From assembly GCA_029887795.1 (NCBI GenBank), contig JARXPE010000002.1, forward strand, positions 8,904 through 72,903: a stretch of 64,000 nt of DNA. Direction: 5' to 3'. Below, piece after piece: positions 46,959 through 55,132 of the stretch; the stretch's first letter is position 1; each line of letters opens with the position of its first letter. Source of the DNA: Thermoproteota archaeon. Lineage in GTDB: Archaea > Thermoproteota > Methanomethylicia > Methanomethylicales > Methanomethylicaceae. The position numbers and the translations under genes are program-made. The notes beneath the pieces were generated by a model that saw nothing but the letters and a program-made list of their open reading frames with translations, searched no databases and was not told the origin of the DNA.

Positions 46959-47094
46959 GTAAATTGCCTCCAATATTTTCGATCGTTTTCCAGATATTCC
47001 GGTCCAAATAATAAATTATTCCAATCAACACAAAATGTCAAAGCTTGACAGTTCACTGCTTCAAATGTTGCCGCTCAGAAAAAACCAGTTTTGG

Positions 47095-47122
47095 CTAATA
47101 GAAACCTATGCCTAATAGAAAC
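47095..47122 (+). promoter_or_regulatory. Direct repeat CTAATAGAAAC x2 upstream of the 47161 gene
   Basis: Exact 11-nt copies at 47095-47105 and 47112-47122 (17-nt period), 39 nt upstream of the ATG. Confidence 0.25.
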
Positions 47123-47160
47123 TGATAATAGCTATAAGAAAGAAAAGATGATTGACGGGT

Positions 47161-47811
47161 ATGCGGATCTTACTTGTGGTTAGCGCCCCTGCCTATATGT
47201 CTCCTTCACCAAAGGATACGAGCTACATCGGTGCACTAAAAAAAGCTGGATTGAAGATCCCATCCTTGGATATTGAGAATGAGAGTGCATATCTTGAGGC
47301 GGTGCGACCGTTCTCTAGACGGGCAAAAGATCTATTCCAAGGTTATTTCAAGAAGATCATGGAGGGGGCAGGGATCGCTAGAAGTCATGGGATCAAAATC
47401 GACGTGTACTTGTTGAGCCCTAGGTACGGTCTTATCGAGGAGGACAAAGTCATTCTTCCCCACTTGGTAGAGATCAAGGGTTTGAAGAAGAAAGAATTGG
47501 AGGCGCTCAGAGACCGCCTTAAAATTGTTGAGAAGCTCTCCAGTATTCTTCAGCAGTCCTATGACCTATTAATTCTCGTTTTGAAGAAGGACCATTTACC
47601 GCTCTTGGGAGTCCTTGGAAAGAGTCTGAACCTTCCGATCGCCGCGTCAAAGGTAGTTTTGGTCTCAGCCCCGTCCTTGGCTAAGCTCTTCGGAGAGCCC
47701 ATCAAATTCGTCGGAATTAGGCAGATAGGAAGAAGGGCTGAAGCTTTTGTCAGACTGATAGACTCGCTGACAGTCAAGACCCTGAAGGACTATTTTGAGT
47801 CGGCACAATAA
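47161..47811 (+). CDS. Hypothetical protein (216 aa)
   Basis: Coding-like ORF (MRILLVVSAPAY...). No family recognised. Confidence 0.5.
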   Translation: MRILLVVSAPAYMSPSPKDTSYIGALKKAGLKIPSLDIENESAYLEAVRPFSRRAKDLFQGYFKKIMEGAGIARSHGIKIDVYLLSPRYGLIEEDKVILPHLVEIKGLKKKELEALRDRLKIVEKLSSILQQSYDLLILVLKKDHLPLLGVLGKSLNLPIAASKVVLVSAPSLAKLFGEPIKFVGIRQIGRRAEAFVRLIDSLTVKTLKDYFESAQ

Positions 47812-47822
47812 ATTTCAGTTTC

Positions 47823-48149
47823 TTACTTAAATCTGCCGACTACTTCCAGCCTTATCACGAGATATGAAAGGGTTGCGGCGACAATTCCTAAAGATAGTGA
47901 TATGAATACCCCATTCAATGAGTATTGGACATCTGCAGCAATCGAGGTTTTTGGCGGGTAAGTCTCATTCTCTGTTGCACGGTATGAAGAGTCGTTATTT
48001 AAAATCGCCTTTTGGTTGTCAGGGGCGGTCTCGGGCTTTATCACTTTGATCCTCAAATCCGTCGGGGATAAGCCAGTTAGCAGCAGGGGAGAGGATACCA
48101 ATACCACGCCGATTAATACCGCCAAGAAGGCGCTATAAGCCAGCCTCAA
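47823..48149 (-). CDS. Hypothetical small membrane protein (N- and C-terminal TM)
   Basis: TTG-start ORF with two hydrophobic helices flanking a polar loop. Co-directional with the upstream wHTH gene. Confidence 0.4.
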   Translation of the reverse strand: MRLAYSAFLAVLIGVVLVSSPLLLTGLSPTDLRIKVIKPETAPDNQKAILNNDSSYRATENETYPPKTSIAADVQYSLNGVFISLSLGIVAATLSYLVIRLEVVGRFK

Positions 48150-48198
48150 AATATTCCCCTCTTCAAAATAACTCTCGCATACTCTATAAATCTACACA

Positions 48199-48636
48199 TT
48201 AGAACGGCCTCCTGAGCCACGCTCTGATGGTTTCTGTCCATGCGATGACCGTTGCTGCAATCCCAAAAATTATCGACATTATGGTCTGGGGGGTGTTTTC
48301 GATGGGATATATTATTAGGTACGCGATCAGCATTGTAGTGAAAAGCACCGAGTAGAAGAAGTATCTCGGCAGGGCAATGCCCGCAATCCTGATGAACTGG
48401 GAGAAGAGCTCAACCTTAACTTCCTTTGAGATAACATATTCTCCTCCGACCTCTTTTTTCACCAAACCAAGATGGGCGAGCTTTTCCAAGTGGTAGGATG
48501 CCACGCTTGGGCTGCTCAGTCGTAGTTCCCTCATTATCTCCCTAGGTCCTGCCGACCCTTTCTTTAAGAGTACCCAGTAAACCCTAAGGGTTGTGCCCTT
48601 AAGCTCCGCCTCGACACTCTCTCTATTGAGCCTCAC
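48199..48636 (-). CDS. ArsR-like winged-helix protein with C-terminal transmembrane helices
   Basis: TLRVYWVLLKKGSAGPREIMRELRLSSPSVASYHLEKLAHLGLV followed by two TM segments. Confidence 0.6.
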   Translation of the reverse strand: MRLNRESVEAELKGTTLRVYWVLLKKGSAGPREIMRELRLSSPSVASYHLEKLAHLGLVKKEVGGEYVISKEVKVELFSQFIRIAGIALPRYFFYSVLFTTMLIAYLIIYPIENTPQTIMSIIFGIAATVIAWTETIRAWLRRPF

Positions 48637-48798
48637 AGTAGAACTTTTGGAAGTTCGTATTTAATAACGTTTGATGAAGTTTACCGTTTTTAGAATCATG
48701 CATGAGATCAAACGGTCATCACCATCCATGAATTCATTAACGAAGAGTTCCTAGAAGGACCTCCTCTAAAAATCGTTTGAATTTTACACTCGGATCTG

Positions 48799-49620
48799 TT
48801 AGAACGTCCTGATCTCTATAAATGGGTCCATGGGAGTTATAAGGGCATATGCCCCGCTCTCCAGACCATAGACATATTTAGCCGAGAAGACGGTCAAAAC
48901 CCTTCCTGCATGATCCCATTTGTAGCCCTTTGTGACGGGGGAGTGCCCCCTGACTAAGTATCTTACGCCGAGTTTGTCGAGTACTTTAAAGGATACGTCC
49001 GGCCCGAATAACATACCCGCTCCCCTATTTGAGGGAGCCGTACCTTTTACATAGTCAGAAGGGTCGCTCCATAAGATGGTCTCCAACTCTTCCTCGGTCG
49101 GATCTTCCAGACCCTTTAAAGTTATCTCAGGGGATATGCCACCGTGCAATAAAAGCGCACGGGTTTCGACAATAACCGCTACAGGCAAAGTCTTGTGAAG
49201 TTCTATTAGGGAGCGGTAGATCTCTTTCCACCCATCCCCATAGGCATTTTTGATGTGCCAAGGCAAGTCATGAGGGCGAAACTCAATAAAGTCTGACGCC
49301 TCGTGGTTCCCCCTAAGCAGAAAGACCCCATCCGGATAGGAGCATTTCATCTTTAGGATTCTTTCATAGACATCTAAGGGTGACGGACCTCTATCAGCGT
49401 AATCACCAAGAAAAACTACCTTCTCACATTCTCCCTCACTCTCGATCCTCTTAGTAATGGTTTCTAAGGACATGTAGTCTCCATGTAGGTCTCCGATTAC
49501 CACAATTGGCAAATCCTTGATCCTGAGGAGTTTGCCGATTCTGAATTCTTTCGTCTCCTCCTCAAGAATGAGTTCTTTGGTCTCATCAACGAGGCGCCTA
49601 AACTTTTCAGCGTTCTTCAT
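48799..49620 (-). CDS. PPP-family metallophosphoesterase (Ser/Thr phosphatase-like)
   Basis: GDLHGD, GDYADRG, RGNHE and HGG motifs in canonical order. Confidence 0.85.
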   Translation of the reverse strand: MKNAEKFRRLVDETKELILEEETKEFRIGKLLRIKDLPIVVIGDLHGDYMSLETITKRIESEGECEKVVFLGDYADRGPSPLDVYERILKMKCSYPDGVFLLRGNHEASDFIEFRPHDLPWHIKNAYGDGWKEIYRSLIELHKTLPVAVIVETRALLLHGGISPEITLKGLEDPTEEELETILWSDPSDYVKGTAPSNRGAGMLFGPDVSFKVLDKLGVRYLVRGHSPVTKGYKWDHAGRVLTVFSAKYVYGLESGAYALITPMDPFIEIRTF

Positions 49621-49812
49621 TTTTTAAGCCACACTATCATAACTATATGTTGCAATTGAAAAATTAATCTTATCAAGGCAAATTATGGCGATTTTACTTA
49701 TATGATACATAAACGAAAGACCAACCGACGGACAAATTAAAAGAAAAACAGATCAAGAATGAAATAAGACGGCAGAACAAAATAAATCCCTCTCTGACCA
49801 AGAGTTTATCGT

Positions 49813-50907
49813 ATGTCCCACACAGGCTCTGCCTATCTTCCGCTACACGGGGGATGGGCTCCTGCATGGCTAATCAGGCGGATGAAGGCCCTAGCCAAGA
49901 GTATTGTCCTAATAATGGTTGAGGAGTTTGGAAGAGCTGAATTTTTGAGGAGGGTCTCTGACCCATACTGGTTTCAGGCTTTAGGCTGCACATTAGGTTT
50001 CGACTGGCATTCTTCAGGGGTCACTACGGTAGTCACTGGTGTTTTAAAATCCGCCGTGGATCCCCAAGAGACGGGGCTCGCCATCTGTGGCGGGAAGGGC
50101 AGGCACTCTAGAGAAACTCCAGCAGAGATAAGGGGTGCGGGGGAGATTTTTGGACTCTCTTCCACAAAGATCGACCAACTAGTTTACGCGAGCAGGATGG
50201 GTGCGAAGGTGGACAATACTGCAATCCAAGCGGGCTATCAGCTGTACCATCATGCCTTTATAATCTCCGAGGATGGTAAATGGTGCATAGTGCAGCAGGG
50301 AATGAATCCAGAGAGCAAGTTAGCGCGAAGGTACCACTGGTTGTCCGAGAATGTCGCAAGCTTTGTCGTGGAGCCCCATAAGGCTGTGGTCGGTTATAAA
50401 AAGGAAAAGGTCCTAAATATGACCGCCAAGGAAGCCGAGGAGTGCCGTAAAACTTCAGTAGACATCGTGAATGATGATCCGTTCAGGATAAAAAGGCAGC
50501 TGATAACTATCAAGGAGTCGAAACAGAAGTCTTTGTTAGACTATATGGGCGGCAGAGTGCTCGTAATGCCCTGGAAAATAAACTGGCGGGCTCTAGAGGT
50601 CGCTTACAACCTGAAACCAAGAAATTACGAGGAGCTGCTTGGGATCGAGGGTGTCGGTCCTGCCACTGTTAGGGGGCTAGCGCTAATCTCAGACCTGATA
50701 TACGGTGCGCCGCCAAGCTGGAGAGACCCCGTCCGCTACTCTTTCGCATTCGGCGGAAAAGATGGAGTGCCTTTCCCGGTCCAGAGAAGGGAGATGGACG
50801 AGGCTATAGAGTTTTTAAGAATCGCAGTGGAGCAGGCCAAGATCAACGAGAAGGAGCGGCTCAATGCCCTGAAGAGACTCAGGGCTTTTTCTTATCCAAA
50901 CCAGTGA
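49813..50907 (+). CDS. DUF763 domain protein
   Basis: PLHGGWAPAWL...DPYWFQALGCTLGFDWHSSGVTTV N-terminal block recalled as DUF763. C-terminal helix-hairpin-helix-like LLGIEGVGPATVRGL. Confidence 0.7.
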   Translation: MSHTGSAYLPLHGGWAPAWLIRRMKALAKSIVLIMVEEFGRAEFLRRVSDPYWFQALGCTLGFDWHSSGVTTVVTGVLKSAVDPQETGLAICGGKGRHSRETPAEIRGAGEIFGLSSTKIDQLVYASRMGAKVDNTAIQAGYQLYHHAFIISEDGKWCIVQQGMNPESKLARRYHWLSENVASFVVEPHKAVVGYKKEKVLNMTAKEAEECRKTSVDIVNDDPFRIKRQLITIKESKQKSLLDYMGGRVLVMPWKINWRALEVAYNLKPRNYEELLGIEGVGPATVRGLALISDLIYGAPPSWRDPVRYSFAFGGKDGVPFPVQRREMDEAIEFLRIAVEQAKINEKERLNALKRLRAFSYPNQ

Positions 50908-51194
50908 TGCCTTGTAGAAAGATGTAAAGATGTTGACGTATAGATTTCTGACTGATGTTGAAGATAGAAGGTTCTAAAGATTTAAAAGCGGTATTGTGAA
51001 TGACTGGTTAATGCGATTTATCCATTAAGTTTAAATAATACTATAGCGCCCACTAATATCCCACGGAGGGTAAAAATTGGAAAAGGGTGTCCGCCGTTAC
51101 AAAGGTGTTCGCCTTTTCAGATAAGTATCCAAATACAAATCCAAATATAAGTAAAAATAAAAATGGGAAAAACAAAATAACTCCCTCCGCGATC

Positions 51195-51482
51195 TTGGAA
51201 GAGTCCTTGAAAAGGATTTGCTCAAAGAAACTGACACTACTGCAGAAGCGGATCTTACTCCACATTGTGGAGACGGAGCATCTTGGACTCACATGTTCTG
51301 GGCAAGTCAGAGAGATCTCCCGGAGAATGCGCATACCTGAATCCACTGTAAAGTGGAGCATAAGAGCACTGAGGGACTTTTACCTCATAGAAGGCGGCAG
51401 TGTTGAGAACAGAGGCATCCCTGCAAAGGTAACCTATCCTGGATTATTGATCGCGGAAGGCTTGAGGAGGGAATATACATGA
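51195..51482 (+). CDS. Small winged-helix protein, putative transcriptional regulator
   Basis: LLQKRILLHIVETEHLGLTCSGQVREISRRMRIPESTVKWSIRAL. The ORF is open from GTG 51087, but 51100-51190 is A-rich and low complexity, so TTG 51195 is preferred. Confidence 0.5.
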   Translation: MEESLKRICSKKLTLLQKRILLHIVETEHLGLTCSGQVREISRRMRIPESTVKWSIRALRDFYLIEGGSVENRGIPAKVTYPGLLIAEGLRREYT

Positions 51483-51652
51483 GATCAGACATAATCTTGG
51501 GTATTCTCATAATGGCTCTTTGCTTCATCTCGGTCCCAATCATCGCAGCCACTGTTGGTGGTTGGTACGCTTACTGGGGCACATTGTTGCTCAGCATGGT
51601 TTGGAGTGCGGTGATTCTTTGGCTAAAGATCTCACACTGGGAGAATGAATGA
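51479..51652 (+). CDS. Small two-TM membrane protein (57 aa, not in ORF track), putative symporter accessory subunit
   Basis: MRSDIILGILIMALCFISVPIIAATVGGWYAYWGTLLLSMVWSAVILWLKISHWENE. ATGA overlaps with both the upstream and downstream genes. Confidence 0.45.
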   Translation: MRSDIILGILIMALCFISVPIIAATVGGWYAYWGTLLLSMVWSAVILWLKISHWENE

Positions 51653-53211
51653 TTATGGCATCTATCCCTCTACCAACACCAGAATCTACCATCGCAGTAG
51701 GCATTGCCGTCGCATCTATGTTGGCTATCAGCGTCGGTATTGGAGTGTACTTCTTCCGCAGGTCGAAGAACTTTGACGAGTGGATGGTGGGACATGGCGA
51801 CATAGGTCCCGTAGTAACTGGCCTGGCATTAACAGCAACATGGCTCAGCGGATGGGCGATCTATGGAAATGCTGGTCTAGGGTACACTTACGGATGGTCC
51901 GGCTCCTGGCTCATAGGCACGGCAAACCTGATGGGACTTTCGCTGTGCGTTGTTTTGGGATACCGTATGCGCCGCTACGCTGCTCTAGGAGCAAGGACTG
52001 TTCCTGAGGTCGTGAGGATAAGGTTCAACAGCAGGCTTTTGCAGGCGCTCGCTGGACTGACCATGATGATCCTATTAATAGTTTACAGCGTCGGGCAGTA
52101 CAAGGCAATGGCATCAGTGTGGCGCTTGACCACTGGCACTGATTGGCTCTGGAGCCTTGCGCTCACAGCCGTTCTATGCGGAGTATATCTTGCCTTGGGG
52201 GGCTACGCAGGAACCCAGTTCTCGCTGGCACTACAGGGGGGAATATTTATGGTTGTTGGATGGATATTTGGAATAGCGTCTATCTTCTGGGCCGGCGGTC
52301 CTGCAAAAATAGCTGAAGCCATTTCAGCATCAAGCTTCGTTAGGCCCGGAGGAGCTAGTACTCCTGTATCGCTCTCAGGTTACACTGCCCCCATCTCCCC
52401 CGCTTTCCCTGGATATGACTGGATCGGTGTCACGGCCTCCCTATTCATGTTCCTCTTCATGGCTACCGGTTTCCCACATAACATTGCTAGGTTCTTAGGC
52501 CTCAGAAAAACAACAAAAAAGGAGTATACACTATTGATGATCATTGTAGCTCTAAATTGCGTGACGCCGCTGATGGTGGGTGCTATGGGCTTCGCGGCTA
52601 GGGCAGTCTGGGGGTCTGACTTAATGACGCTCGCACCAGTCTACGGTGACGCAGCCGCAACGCTTGTAAGCATGGCACTTGGCGGTCCTGTTGGAGGAGC
52701 AATATTCTCCATGGCGGTATTCGCGGCTGCCATTTCCACGCTTGCAGGGATGGTGATGATAATGGCCACTAATGTGACGCGGGATCTAATCAACAATGTG
52801 GTTCCAAAGGCAAGCCCTAGACTCCTGCTCCTGACCTCAAGGCTGCTGATAATTCCATTTCTAGCAATACCACTGTGGTGGACCTACACGTCTCCCCCGC
52901 CCGTCCTCTCGGAGTTCATGTCGGGCTCGGCAGTGGCACAGGCAGGGATATTCTTCTTCGTCGTTGCGGTCTCAATGTACTGGAAGAGAGCGACAAAATT
53001 CGGCGCGATAGCCACGATCATATACGGCATGGGGGTGGCTTTGCTACACCCATCGGTCTACGGTAAGTTCTTCCCGCCATTCAACCATTGGGGGGTCTGG
53101 GCTTTGGCACTCATCTTCGGGTGTGGCGCCATATACTTGGGAGTTAGCCTCCTTACCAAGCCTGTCCCAGAGGAGCAGTTGTCAAAAATCTTCTCAAAAC
53201 AAGATCAGTAA
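51649..53211 (+). CDS. Sodium:solute symporter (SSS) family transporter
   Basis: 520 aa with about 13 TM segments. SSS-type N-terminus (FFRRSKNFDEWMVGHGDIGP). Confidence 0.85.
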   Translation: MIMASIPLPTPESTIAVGIAVASMLAISVGIGVYFFRRSKNFDEWMVGHGDIGPVVTGLALTATWLSGWAIYGNAGLGYTYGWSGSWLIGTANLMGLSLCVVLGYRMRRYAALGARTVPEVVRIRFNSRLLQALAGLTMMILLIVYSVGQYKAMASVWRLTTGTDWLWSLALTAVLCGVYLALGGYAGTQFSLALQGGIFMVVGWIFGIASIFWAGGPAKIAEAISASSFVRPGGASTPVSLSGYTAPISPAFPGYDWIGVTASLFMFLFMATGFPHNIARFLGLRKTTKKEYTLLMIIVALNCVTPLMVGAMGFAARAVWGSDLMTLAPVYGDAAATLVSMALGGPVGGAIFSMAVFAAAISTLAGMVMIMATNVTRDLINNVVPKASPRLLLLTSRLLIIPFLAIPLWWTYTSPPPVLSEFMSGSAVAQAGIFFFVVAVSMYWKRATKFGAIATIIYGMGVALLHPSVYGKFFPPFNHWGVWALALIFGCGAIYLGVSLLTKPVPEEQLSKIFSKQDQ

Positions 53212-53236
53212 GGCAAAACCTAAACTTACAGACTCC

Positions 53237-53270
53237 TTTTTTATTTTTCTTTTTGGTTTGCTTTATTTTT
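53237..53270 (+). terminator. Extended T-rich tract after the first symporter gene
   Basis: TTTTTTATTTTTCTTTTTGGTTTGCTTTATTTTT begins 26 nt after the stop. Confidence 0.4.
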
Positions 53271-53653
53271 GACAGCTCTGCCATTAATCGTCATCCAATA
53301 ATTTTCTTGTGAAATCTGAGTAAGGTGCTCGGTTATACATTAGTAAACCAAAATGCTTAAATATGAAAACCATGCCATGATTTGGTCACTGGAGGAGTAC
53401 TGGGTGAGCTCTTGGAGGAATTTAGTTTATCAATAGACTCCATGAGCCAGCAGTATCGCAATCTCCAGCCAGAGTTCTAAGGGGTGAATTGGTGTGCAAA
53501 CCATTCTAAGGAGGAGTTGCGTTTACACCCTCTGAAGGGTGTTTCCAACCAAGCCTTGAAAAAATAGAGCGAAACCTTCTAGAAAAAATACAGAACGAGA
53601 GACTAAAACAGACCTTTAACAGGGCCAAAAAAGTTCCCTTTATAAGGAAAAAA

Positions 53654-54817
53654 TTGAAGGAAGCAAACATTGAAACAATCGGCGGAATCCACGATCTGCA
53701 GAAACTTCCTTTCACAACAAAGAAGGACCTTGCAGAGTGCTTCCCGTTCGGCGCATTGGCAGTGCCCCTGCACAGAGTCTTGAGGGTGCATACATCCTCT
53801 GGCACGACAAATAAACCTATAACGACCTTCTACACCAAACGAGACCTCAAGATATGGTCCGAGTTGATGGCTAGAGGGCTTGCATGCACTGGTGCAAGAA
53901 AGGGCGATGTATTCCAGAACACAACTTCACAGGGTCTATTCACGGGAGGGCTGGGCCTAATCCAGGGTGCTGAGAGACTCGGTCTAACAGTAGTGCCCCT
54001 CGGCTCGGCAAACGCCGAGAAGCAACTTGAGACCATGCGAGACTTTGGTGTTACTGTATTCCATGCCATACCTTCTTTTGCGCTTCGCTTAATGGAGTGC
54101 CTAGAATCTCAAAATGGTCTGAGATCTTCCCTCAAGATAAGGATCGGTGTTCTGGGTGCCGAGCCATGGACAAAAGAGATGCGGAAGAAGATAGAGGACG
54201 GCCTACAGATAGACGCTTTCAACAATTACGGTTTAGCAGAGGTGGGTGGTCCTGGCGTTGCGATAGAGTGTCAGTCCAAATCGGGTCTACATGTTTGGGA
54301 GGATCACTTCCTGGCAGAGATCATAGACCCAAAGACCGGTGAACAGCTCGGCTTAGAGGAGGAGGGCGAATTGGTGATAACCCCACTCTCGAGGGAGGCT
54401 ATGCCGCTCCTGCGCTTCAGAACCGGTGACATCACGCGGTTCGTCGACGGTCCCTGCGATTGTGGCAGGACTCATAGAAGGATAGACTGGATGAGGGGCA
54501 GAATTGATGATATGATCAAGATAAGGGGAATCGGCATCTACCCGTCCACGATAGAAAGGATAGTCGCATCCCACAGGGAGTCTAACGGAAACTTCCTAAT
54601 CGTGCTATCCGGAATAGACGACATAACTGTGAAAGTTGAAGTCAACAATGGATTTGCTAAAGACGAGACGGTGATGGAGCGCCTCCGACATGAAATCTTC
54701 GAAGAGATAAAGGGTGCGACCCTTCTGAGAACAAACGTTGAGGTCTTGCCGCCCGGGAGTATCCCCAGGAGCGAGGGCAAGGTCAAGAGAGTCTTGGACA
54801 ATAGGAGGATGATCTGA
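53654..54817 (+). CDS. paaK: Phenylacetate-CoA ligase-like adenylate-forming enzyme (PaaK family); annotated from the first in-frame start, N-terminus probably disrupted
   Basis: LPFTTKKDL and SSGTTNKP (AMP motif). PaaK-type length and C-terminal domain. Homologous N-terminal sequence continues upstream to 53540 without a start codon. Confidence 0.85.
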   Translation: MKEANIETIGGIHDLQKLPFTTKKDLAECFPFGALAVPLHRVLRVHTSSGTTNKPITTFYTKRDLKIWSELMARGLACTGARKGDVFQNTTSQGLFTGGLGLIQGAERLGLTVVPLGSANAEKQLETMRDFGVTVFHAIPSFALRLMECLESQNGLRSSLKIRIGVLGAEPWTKEMRKKIEDGLQIDAFNNYGLAEVGGPGVAIECQSKSGLHVWEDHFLAEIIDPKTGEQLGLEEEGELVITPLSREAMPLLRFRTGDITRFVDGPCDCGRTHRRIDWMRGRIDDMIKIRGIGIYPSTIERIVASHRESNGNFLIVLSGIDDITVKVEVNNGFAKDETVMERLRHEIFEEIKGATLLRTNVEVLPPGSIPRSEGKVKRVLDNRRMI

Positions 54818-54818
54818 G

Positions 54819-55121
54819 ATGCGGCATTTCCCTCAAATAATCCAAAGATTCAGACGTGCGTTTGAAGGGGGCTTCGCATTACTTGCTCTGCTGTCCTTAA
54901 ATCCGATGTCGATCCCTGTGCTGCTGGATTCGCTCCAAGTTTCAAGCCTTTGCACGATGATTGGAGCGCCGTCGATAGCAGCCCTTTCCACGGTCCCGTC
55001 ATTGTCATCGGAGAGGATCCTTGGAATGCAGCCCCTCACATTCTTCTGCTTTGCCATTCCCATTGTAGTCCAAGCGGTAGTACTGCTAATCTGGGCACTG
55101 AGGTGGAGGTCGCCAGATTAG
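54819..55121 (+). CDS. Putative small membrane protein (100 aa; a shorter 54-aa form would start at 54957)
   Basis: Starts 1 nt after the paaK stop and ends 12 nt before the symporter ATG (GGGGGG in between). Three hydrophobic segments. A competing 76-aa ORF lies on the minus strand. Confidence 0.35.
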   Translation: MRHFPQIIQRFRRAFEGGFALLALLSLNPMSIPVLLDSLQVSSLCTMIGAPSIAALSTVPSLSSERILGMQPLTFFCFAIPIVVQAVVLLIWALRWRSPD

Positions 55122-55132
55122 GGGGGATTCTT

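Noticed and set aside
51053-51361. 102-aa minus-strand ORF overlapping the small wHTH gene.
   Set aside because: It is antisense to the wHTH ORF and to the A-rich promoter-like region, with no motif. The wHTH reading frame has a clear HTH and is translationally coupled downstream.
53273-53509. Short ORFs (for example LVTGGVLGELLEEFSLSIDSMSQQYRNLQPEF*) between the first symporter terminator and paaK.
   Set aside because: At 33 aa or less, without start context or recognisable similarity, this could be a remnant or a leader but cannot be supported as a gene.
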